From an uncultured Desulfosarcina sp. (GTDB lineage Bacteria > Desulfobacterota > Desulfobacteria > Desulfobacterales > Desulfosarcinaceae), in the NCBI GenBank assembly GCA_963674945.2, contig CAXXWQ010000003.1, forward strand, positions 224,001-288,000: a DNA stretch of 64,000 nt, written 5' to 3'. Shown here one piece after another: positions 56,820-64,000 of this stretch. The position numbers and the translations under genes were made by a program. Positions within the stretch are counted from its first letter, which is position 1. Each line of letters begins with the position of its first letter. Under the pieces are notes generated by a model that did no database searches, was not told the DNA's origin, and worked only from the letters and a program-made list of their open reading frames with translations.

Positions 56820-57659
56820 CTACCGTGCATACCTGTTTGAATAGTCAGGAATCGTTCCCGGCCGTGCCTCTTCAATGACCGTTGCCGTCCCTTTCGCACT
56901 GGCTTCGATAGCCTTGTCCAATGGCATGCTCTTCAGGGCATCGATAATAACGTTGTTCATTTCTCCAGGGACAAGCAAAGGTTGCTTGCCAAGTGCTTCC
57001 AATGCCTGACGTGTCACCTCTTCCGGGCTCATCAGATTGTCCTGAAATTGCTCGCGTTTCAGCCCGGCGGTGGTGATGGCGTCTGTATCTGTTGCACCTG
57101 GCGCCAAAACCAGAAGGTCGACACCGGTGCCCTTCAATTCACCGAAAAGAGCAAATCCGAGACGGTGAACAAAGGCTTTGCTGGCAGCGTAGACAGCCGA
57201 CCATGGACCGGGAATCTCACCCTCCATGGAGCCTGTCAGAATAATACCGCCACGGCCACGGGCCTTGAGCCGTGGCAATAGCCCATGCATCAGCTGCAGC
57301 GGCACACGCGCAATCACGTTGAAGACTGCCATCACACGATCAAGTGGGAAGGACTCGAATTCGCCCTTGAGCCCCCAGCCGGCGTTGCTGATGACCAGGC
57401 CGAGATCATGACTGCCGATGGCGGCGATGATCTGATCGACCGCATCTTCTTGTGCCAGATCGAGCCGCATGAGAACAATCTCGGTTTTGTGCCGGGCAAG
57501 CAGCTCATCCTTCAGCTTTACCATCGGCGCCAAATTGAGATCCACCAGAATCAAATTGAACCCATCTGCAGACAGATGGCGGGCATAGCATGCCCCCTGC
57601 CCGCCGGCGGCTCCTGTGACCAGCGCCCAAGAGCCGTATTTGTCAATGTCCATTGCCAT
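56820..57659 (-). CDS. SDR-family oxidoreductase (DltE/17beta-HSD-like)
   Basis: KYGSWALVTGAAGGQG, SNAG, YAASK and PGATDT motifs. Confidence 0.88.
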   Translation of the reverse strand: MAMDIDKYGSWALVTGAAGGQGACYARHLSADGFNLILVDLNLAPMVKLKDELLARHKTEIVLMRLDLAQEDAVDQIIAAIGSHDLGLVISNAGWGLKGEFESFPLDRVMAVFNVIARVPLQLMHGLLPRLKARGRGGIILTGSMEGEIPGPWSAVYAASKAFVHRLGFALFGELKGTGVDLLVLAPGATDTDAITTAGLKREQFQDNLMSPEEVTRQALEALGKQPLLVPGEMNNVIIDALKSMPLDKAIEASAKGTATVIEEARPGTIPDYSNRYAR

Positions 57660-57837
57660 GCATTTTCACCTTTCCAAAAGATAAGAATCCATATTATGAA
57701 TAAAATTGGAAGTGGTATGATGAATGCGGTGGAGGTCGGTACGTGGCGCACTACCGCACAGCTTCCATGGAATGTCTGAAAAGAGACACGGGCCGTGCCT
57801 CTTCAACCAACGTTAATCAGGCAGAATCCGAATTTGA

Positions 57838-58194
57838 TTACTTGAAGTTGACGTGACCGACAAGCTCCTTTTGCTTGATCATTTGGCTGATTTCCCTTTG
57901 TTTGATCTCGTCCTTGATCGGTTTGATGAATGAGATAAAATCGCCTTGCTCGGTCTGTCGAGATTTCCATTGGTCGACATATCCATAAACGGTCGCAAAC
58001 CCACTGGTCGCGGTACCACAACAGGACATATCGGCAACTTCCATCTCTGTAGTATAAAATAGTTTCCTTTCGTCAAAGTCCAGACAAACCTCATCAAATG
58101 ATCTGAATTGCACACCGGGATTTGTTATCATTTCATTGGACTCTTGCTTGGGGTTCTGGTGTATGTATTTGATTATTTCGATTTCGGTTGACAT
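57838..58194 (-). CDS. Small hypothetical protein with an SCCG motif
   Basis: 118 aa; GAAGGA RBS; D.SCCG...V.GYV..WK motif; function unknown. Confidence 0.6.
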   Translation of the reverse strand: MSTEIEIIKYIHQNPKQESNEMITNPGVQFRSFDEVCLDFDERKLFYTTEMEVADMSCCGTATSGFATVYGYVDQWKSRQTEQGDFISFIKPIKDEIKQREISQMIKQKELVGHVNFK

Positions 58195-58303
58195 TGGTCA
58201 ATTCCTTCATATTGAGTAAATAGGCGATTCGTTTATCTTTGGGAAATATCGTAAAACAGCAATTCGTTTGTCGAGTTTACCGCTTACTAATATTTTTGAA
58301 ACC

Positions 58304-59377
58304 TCAAAGACTTAAGCAGCAATAGTCGCAGATTCTCAGGTTCATATAGTTTTCTTCGTATAGCTTCCGAAAAAGATGATATCTCTGGCTCTTCCGAATC
58401 TCTTTCAAACTCCTGTTTCTTATATTTCCCATGGGAAATCGCAGGTATTCGCACGGAACGACTTGCCCAAAGGCATCAATTGTACAGCTATAATCAAAAA
58501 CCCTGCACTTCTTTCTCGTCCGCTTGATTCCTTTTGGAACTTCACTTGCAGGAAGAGTAAAAAATCGGGTCATGGCAAGGTGGATACCGAGTTTTTTTGC
58601 CTTTTCCTTCAATCGTTGTCGTTTTTTCTCAATGAGTCTTACATTCTTTGGTAATAAATCGGAAGGGATAATTGATCTTCGAGAGGCAACTTTTTCCTGG
58701 AATATCTCATTTGCCTCTTCTACTATATGTTCATCGATAACGGAATAGAATGCGAATTGTACATCCTGAATGCTAAGAGAATGGGCGATGTCCAGTACTT
58801 CGTCGATTCGATCAAGGTTAACTGACGAAACGTTGGTTCGAATGCTTTTATAAACCCTCTTTTCCTTGTCCTTTTCCTGGACAAACGTAATGGCATTGAT
58901 CTGTTTTTCAAATGCATCCTGTCGACCTCTAAGCCGATTGTGAAGTTCTCTTGGCCCGTCAAGAGAGAATTTAATACTTCCAAGACCTGCCGTCACAAGA
59001 GCGGCGGCCCTGTCCGCTGTCATAGAAAGGCCGTTGGTTGTCGTTCCCGTGAATATGCCAAGGTTGCTGCAATGGGCTACGAGTTCATCCAGATGGCTAT
59101 TGAGGAGTGGTTCTCCACCATGAAGTTGCACGGCACGGCAACCTTGCTCGAATAGCTGATCAAATACATTTATGTGCTCTTTACAAGCAAGCTCGTCAAA
59201 CGATGCAACTTTGTTATTTCTATCTGCACTATCCTGCAGAGGAACGTCCTGCATGCGCCATATATTGCAGCTCACACAGCGAGAATCGCACCGTTGTGTT
59301 ACCTCCACGTTGGCACTACGGAGCAAGGCCGTGGGTCGTGCCGCTGAAAAGGTTTTATCTGTGGTGAATTTGGCCAT
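58304..59377 (-). CDS. Radical SAM protein with SPASM/twitch domain
   Basis: CDSRCVSC, GGEPLL, TTNG and SLDG motifs; C-terminal C..G.VVPC..GN..CDYCC. Confidence 0.88.
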   Translation of the reverse strand: MAKFTTDKTFSAARPTALLRSANVEVTQRCDSRCVSCNIWRMQDVPLQDSADRNNKVASFDELACKEHINVFDQLFEQGCRAVQLHGGEPLLNSHLDELVAHCSNLGIFTGTTTNGLSMTADRAAALVTAGLGSIKFSLDGPRELHNRLRGRQDAFEKQINAITFVQEKDKEKRVYKSIRTNVSSVNLDRIDEVLDIAHSLSIQDVQFAFYSVIDEHIVEEANEIFQEKVASRRSIIPSDLLPKNVRLIEKKRQRLKEKAKKLGIHLAMTRFFTLPASEVPKGIKRTRKKCRVFDYSCTIDAFGQVVPCEYLRFPMGNIRNRSLKEIRKSQRYHLFRKLYEENYMNLRICDYCCLSL

Positions 59378-59666
59378 TCAAAGGAGTCTACTCTCTCACA
59401 GATTCAAAAAGATGATTCGGTTTATATCTTAGTCCAATTGCACTCGAAAAGAGGGACAGTAAATGGCCCTAATGTTTCATGAACAAGATAAAAATTTGAT
59501 TGTACCGTACAAGACATTTTCCATTAATGATAACCATTCATTTTCGAAAATCGTACATATTACAAACAAAAACAGTCTGTCAATCCAAAATGACAGGAAA
59601 ATCGGGCAATATGCTTGACATTGCGCTGCAGATTATCTTTTCTGCCATGATGCATGGCACATTCTT

Positions 59667-60545
59667 TTATTTTCCAATTTCATGGATAATATCTTTTTCC
59701 AGATCTTTGAAACATGCAGGCAATGATTTATGTAGCGGCTTGAGAACGAATGGAAAATGGTAACCATTTTTTGTATCAATGGGACCGACATCAAATTGGG
59801 ATTCTATCCATTCTTCTCGTTTTTCTGAGAATCTCATAAATACATTTTCGTACCATCCTGGTCGGGTGCTCCCGGGGGTTCGCTGTTGATAATATTTCAT
59901 CTTGTTTTTAACGGATTTGGGAAGGACATAAGAAAAATGAAAATTATAAATATCCCTTTGGCATAACAATTCATCAGGAAAAAGTTTTGCACCGATTATC
60001 CTCTTTTCAGATGGATCAAAATAACCCCGAAGTGGCAAATGATTGATATAAAGCCCCTCTTTTCGTCGGTAAATGCGATCGATACCTGGAAATTCAATCA
60101 CAACATGCTCATTCTCAATGTCAACTGCACCAATGATGGTTCCGGTATCTCCCCATAAGACGATCTGACGCGGGGCCATGGCGTCATATTCCGGGTATCT
60201 TTGGAACAATTCCACCATATACGGTACGTGGCGGGGGTCAATAAACTCATCAACATCTACATGCCAGATAATATCTCCAGAGGCTACTCGGCTGTATTCA
60301 TGACACATATCGTTTTTTCTTTTCCAGCGTTTCTGAAGAAAGCAGATCTTATTTTCCGGATCTGGGAAATTTTTGATCGACGCAAGCGTTTTGTCTTTAG
60401 AATGGCGATATCCATGAAGTTGTTCCCAAACATCGTCTCCCCCCTCACATATAATAATCTCATGGGCATAAGGGTAAATCAGCATAAGTTGATGTTTGAT
60501 AAACGGCATTCCGTCAATAACAATAATACCGAAGGATATCTTCAT
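59667..60545 (-). CDS. Glycosyltransferase family 2-like protein
   Basis: KISFGIIV, EIIICEG, SKDKT, DxD (VDVDE) and FHFSYV motifs. Confidence 0.75.
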   Translation of the reverse strand: MKISFGIIVIDGMPFIKHQLMLIYPYAHEIIICEGGDDVWEQLHGYRHSKDKTLASIKNFPDPENKICFLQKRWKRKNDMCHEYSRVASGDIIWHVDVDEFIDPRHVPYMVELFQRYPEYDAMAPRQIVLWGDTGTIIGAVDIENEHVVIEFPGIDRIYRRKEGLYINHLPLRGYFDPSEKRIIGAKLFPDELLCQRDIYNFHFSYVLPKSVKNKMKYYQQRTPGSTRPGWYENVFMRFSEKREEWIESQFDVGPIDTKNGYHFPFVLKPLHKSLPACFKDLEKDIIHEIGK

Positions 60546-60586
60546 TTATTTCCCTTTCGACTGGTTCTTTTTTCCTGAAAATAAAA

Positions 60587-60632
60587 TTGCCCCTCGGGTT
60601 GATGGAGGAAGAACTTTCAACCTGAGGGGCAA
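60587..60632 (-). terminator. Rho-independent terminator after the SDR gene
   Basis: TTGCCCCTCGGGTTGA..TCAACCTGAGGGGCAA; T-rich tail on the minus strand. Confidence 0.65.
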
Positions 60633-60755
60633 GCTTGAGTTGTATTTTCTTTGAGAGGAAATACTTTTTATATGTTTTCCTCGGTAGCAATATACAACTT
60701 ATGGATACGTAGTCATAAAAAGACGGCTACGAAAGAATGCAATATGCTATCTTCA

Positions 60756-61496
60756 TTAGTCCATGGTGATAACATGACCGGTGATCCTATCGGTTTCGTC
60801 AGCCAGGAGGAAACATGCAACCTGTGCCACCTCTTCGGGAGAATTCAAACCGCGCGGATTTCTCGGCCCCATTGTGTCATGCACAGCCTGCTCATCCATT
60901 CCCATGGCTCGGAAAGCGCCGAGCGTCAACTCGGTGGGGCAGATTCCTGGCAGGACACAATTGATGTTGATCAATTTCCCCGCGAGTTCGGCAACCATGG
61001 TTTCCATGAGACTCTTCATCACGGCTTTGCCCGCCTGGTATCCGGCAAGGCCCGCAGTTCCGCCGGTCGCCGAAATGAAGAAAAGCATCTTGCCGGTATT
61101 GCGCTCTGAAAAATGTCCCATGATATTGTGGGCGCAATTAAACATGGTGTAGCCGTTGAATTCCACTTGCTGCTTGAAGAAATCAAAATCATAATCCGGC
61201 AAACCTTTGAATACACCGCCGCCGACGGTATCGACCATATAGTCGATACAGCCCATTTCTTCGATGGTTTCCTCTGTTACACTCTTTACGCTATTATAAT
61301 CCATGGCATTGACTTTTTTCACCGCAGCCTTACCGCCGGCATCTTGTATCTCTTTGGAAGTTTTCTCGGCGCTCTCGGTATTGATGTCCCAGATGCAGAT
61401 GTCGACTCCGTTTTTTGCCAGCTCTAACGCGACGGCACGTCCGATTGAATTCTGCGCTGCACCTACGATTACTGCGTTCTTGCCTTTAAATTTCAT
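60756..61496 (-). CDS. SDR-family oxidoreductase
   Basis: VIVGAA..IG, YQAGK and NCVLPG motifs. Confidence 0.85.
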   Translation of the reverse strand: MKFKGKNAVIVGAAQNSIGRAVALELAKNGVDICIWDINTESAEKTSKEIQDAGGKAAVKKVNAMDYNSVKSVTEETIEEMGCIDYMVDTVGGGVFKGLPDYDFDFFKQQVEFNGYTMFNCAHNIMGHFSERNTGKMLFFISATGGTAGLAGYQAGKAVMKSLMETMVAELAGKLININCVLPGICPTELTLGAFRAMGMDEQAVHDTMGPRNPRGLNSPEEVAQVACFLLADETDRITGHVITMD

Positions 61497-61624
61497 AATC
61501 TCCTCCCAGCATCTTTCTTAATAATATTAGGTAAAGAACGTATCCGGCTTGTGAGAATAAATCCCCACCCTCTCCTCATTGTATGAATCTCTGCTTTGCT
61601 TCAGCGTTCGATGTAAGGTATCAC

Positions 61625-61996
61625 TTAGCCTTTCGGATAATCCACTTTTTCCAACGGTTTTACTACCTCAGGATCCATCTCTTCCCACTGGTAAAACCCT
61701 TTTAACTGAAATTTATCGACGTCGAAGTGGCGTCCCTTGGGGATTGCCTCGAATGCCGTTTGAGACAACATGGCGATGCATTCGTCCATATTATCATGTT
61801 CAAATTCGTAAACCGTCAAGCTCATTGAAGGTTCATCGGAAGGATCCAGGTTTTTAAACCTTCGCGCACGAACAAGGCCCACTGTCTCTTTGAGATCGGG
61901 AAGATGCGTATGCAGGTACCATCTATCGAATTCTTCCTCCCTTTCCGGATCTGCACAACTGGTCAAAACCGTAAGCATGAATTTTTTCTTTGCCAT
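61625..61996 (-). CDS. EthD/DUF4286-like dimeric alpha-beta barrel protein
   Basis: PEREEEFDRWY..THLPD...G.VRARRF motif; ATG 61996. Confidence 0.75.
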   Translation of the reverse strand: MAKKKFMLTVLTSCADPEREEEFDRWYLHTHLPDLKETVGLVRARRFKNLDPSDEPSMSLTVYEFEHDNMDECIAMLSQTAFEAIPKGRHFDVDKFQLKGFYQWEEMDPEVVKPLEKVDYPKG

Positions 61997-62209
61997 GATG
62001 ATTCCTCCACCTTTCAATTGTTAAATGCGGCTTGATAGGTATTAGTCGGAGATTGTTGAGTAATTAACTGATAAAAATGTTATAGTCAATAGTAAGTGCG
62101 CACCCAAAAACAAACGAATATCCAAAGTTCAACTCTTCTTATTTTCTCTTACCCACCTGTATCGGGTATGGTTTCTGCCTTCCATGTCTGCCGGTGACGT
62201 GGCACCATT

Positions 62210-63211
62210 CTACTTTGTCCTTTTTACAGGATCGATTCCGAGCAGACGGGCCATGTTGAGACCGAATATCTTGGCACGGTCCTCTTCACTTATCGGTTTG
62301 AATCCGTACTGCTGCTGCAAATCTTCGGGGAACTGGTAGGTCCGGAAACCTTCCACAACGATCGGTTGGGCAATGCTGTCATTGCTCCACAGCACCTTGT
62401 CTACACCGGCATACATGATGGCCTCGCCCAGAAGCTTTCCGAAAAAGCGCGGCCTCGTAAACACGGTTGCATTGAGAAAACTCATCCCGATATGCAGTCC
62501 CGGATAACATGCCGCCAGGGCGTTTAACTCGTGGTGCCACGGCCAGCCAAAATGAAAGGCAAGGATATTCAGATCATAAAAGTCCCGGCATACATCCTCC
62601 AGCGCACCGGGACGACAGGCATGGGTATTTGCGCCATAAATGTATCCATGGCCCATATGCATCCCCAGCATCACGCCCAGCTCCTGCGCCTTGGCGTAGA
62701 ACGGCCAGTACCGCTTGTCATTCAACAGCCATTTTTCTCCGGGAGGATAGATTTTTCCGTACTTGACGCCATGCTCCTTGGCACAGAACTCCAGCTCCCA
62801 GATGGCGTTTTCCACACCCCGGGTCGAGGGCTCGAACACCGGCGCCGGGATGAGTCGATCCGGATACTTGGCACAAGCGTCCAGCATCCAGCTCATGCTC
62901 GGCCCTCTGGGATCCACGTTCATATGCAGGGCCTGCCTGTGCGGTACCAGGCAGCATACGTCGATGCCAGCGTCATCCATCATTTTGATCGAGTGCTCGG
63001 GCTCGGCCGGCCACTCCTTTTTCGCCGCTTCGGGACCAAAATGCTGCTTCATCAGGTCTTTGGCCATGTTCCCATCGGCGGTCATCATCCGCATAACGCC
63101 TTCGACGCTGTTCTCAAACCGCTTCCAGTCACGGTAATGCCTATACTCCTTTGCTTGATTGGCAGGCTCGATGTGCCCCTCGTGCTCGATAATGAAATAA
63201 TCTTTTGCCAT
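62210..63211 (-). CDS. Amidohydrolase-2 family protein
   Basis: MDDAGID, GKIYP, WPFYAKAQELG..MHMG, HFGWPW, KVLWSND and KIFGLNMARLL motifs. Confidence 0.88.
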   Translation of the reverse strand: MAKDYFIIEHEGHIEPANQAKEYRHYRDWKRFENSVEGVMRMMTADGNMAKDLMKQHFGPEAAKKEWPAEPEHSIKMMDDAGIDVCCLVPHRQALHMNVDPRGPSMSWMLDACAKYPDRLIPAPVFEPSTRGVENAIWELEFCAKEHGVKYGKIYPPGEKWLLNDKRYWPFYAKAQELGVMLGMHMGHGYIYGANTHACRPGALEDVCRDFYDLNILAFHFGWPWHHELNALAACYPGLHIGMSFLNATVFTRPRFFGKLLGEAIMYAGVDKVLWSNDSIAQPIVVEGFRTYQFPEDLQQQYGFKPISEEDRAKIFGLNMARLLGIDPVKRTK

Positions 63212-63488
63212 TGATAAAACCCTCCCCTATTAATAAAAGTCCAAGTACTACCCGCCGCCTTCACCGTCAAAGCGAGCGCCGCTTTCCCTCACTTTGTTTC
63301 AGTATCTACGAACTGCGAGTAAATTCGCTGATTTCTTGCACTTTTGCAGGTTGCGTGAACTTGTTGCGTATTCCAAGAATCGACTTACGAATTGGTAGTT
63401 CTTCCTTCTGCAATGACCATTTCGTCTTCTTGCGAGTATGCTTGCATTTGATCGTGGCCCGAAATGTAATCACCGTAAAGTTTCTGAA

Positions 63489-63517
63489 TGATTATCAATT
63501 GACTGATTATCAATTGA
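63489..63517. promoter_or_regulatory. Tandem 14-bp direct repeat, putative operator
   Basis: TGATTATCAATTGA at 63489-63502 and 63504-63517. Confidence 0.5.
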
Positions 63518-63814
63518 AATTTTATTTGTCAATAATAATAATTTTTATAACAACCCATTTCTGAGATTTATCAGTATATTTTGATAAAATGGGTATTTTA
63601 GTGTGATATATATGTACCCAGCAAACAATTATTTCGGGCATTTTGGCATATCAGATCGAATCCGTTTTGGAAAAGATTAGAGAAGGATGTGTTATTTCGG
63701 ATATGATTTTCGTTGTCGCAAAGGTCAGGGAGGCAAACGAAGGATGGCGCCATCGGCAGCAACTGATGGCATCCATACCAGGCAATTGTCTGAAATTGAT
63801 CGTTAAAGCAATGG

Positions 63815-64000
63815 CTATTGCATCAGCGGCAACGATAGCCAGTCAAAAAAATAGTTGATTTCAAACTTTACGTTTCCGAGCAGAGGAATATTGGCATATC
63901 CTGTGATGTCAGGAATCGAAGCCAACGTCTTGGAAATAAAATCATACATCTGATTGATGTCTTGAAACAGTGCTACGGTACTTATTTGCCATTTACCCGT
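63815..64000 (-). CDS. 3' end of a third Lrp/AsnC paralog (partial; runs off the window)
   Basis: Manual translation TGKWQISTVALFQDINQMYDFISKTLASIPDITG...KFEINYFFDWLSLPLMQ* aligns with the C-termini of both Lrp paralogs. Confidence 0.75.
   Translation of the reverse strand, partial: TGKWQISTVALFQDINQMYDFISKTLASIPDITGYANIPLLGNVKFEINYFFDWLSLPLMQ

Noticed and set aside
58277..58306. Possible Sec read-through of the TGA ending the radical SAM gene (CDYCCLSL*)
   Set aside because: No SECIS-like hairpin follows, and read-through adds only a short tail before TAA
59378..59666. Short Cys-containing minus-strand ORF (MHHGRK...DCFCL) as a RiPP precursor for the SPASM enzyme
   Set aside because: No RBS and no recognisable leader; likely chance
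1..64000. CRISPR array, rRNA, tRNA (including selC), integrase or prophage
   Set aside because: No regularly spaced repeats, RNA gene signatures or phage structural genes were recognised; repeats are explained by paralogs and IS ends

Overview
Window from an anaerobe, probably a sulfate-reducing Desulfobacterota (Desulfobacterales-like) bacterium. This is inferred from gene content only. 1-18.6 kb is GC-rich by eye. It holds a Tat-exported IorAB-like Mo-oxidoreductase, an intact IS1380 with IRs and a 5-bp TSD, and the Mop aldehyde oxidoreductase with its DVU_1551-1558/TrsS-type accessory operon. From about 18.7 kb to the end lies a lower-GC catabolic region. It encodes an ALDH, a tungsten AOR with MoaD and a radical SAM maturase, four DUF1329 paralogs (one split by a second IS1380), five SDRs, a Zn-ADH, VOC proteins, an amidohydrolase, two MarR regulators and three double-domain Lrp/AsnC paralogs. 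Its core (38.2-48.5 kb, minus strand) is a tandem-duplicated five-gene module: FAD-linked oxidoreductase, CCG Fe-S protein, small carrier (GcvH-like in one copy, SCP2 in the other), UroD-fold methyltransferase and corrinoid protein. The top finding is the methyltransferase of the second module. It is one 416-codon frame with a single in-frame TGA (39479-39481) followed by a bacterial SECIS-like hairpin, making it a candidate selenocysteine-containing corrinoid methyltransferase. No rRNA, tRNA or CRISPR array was recognised. All family calls are from motif recognition, without database searches.
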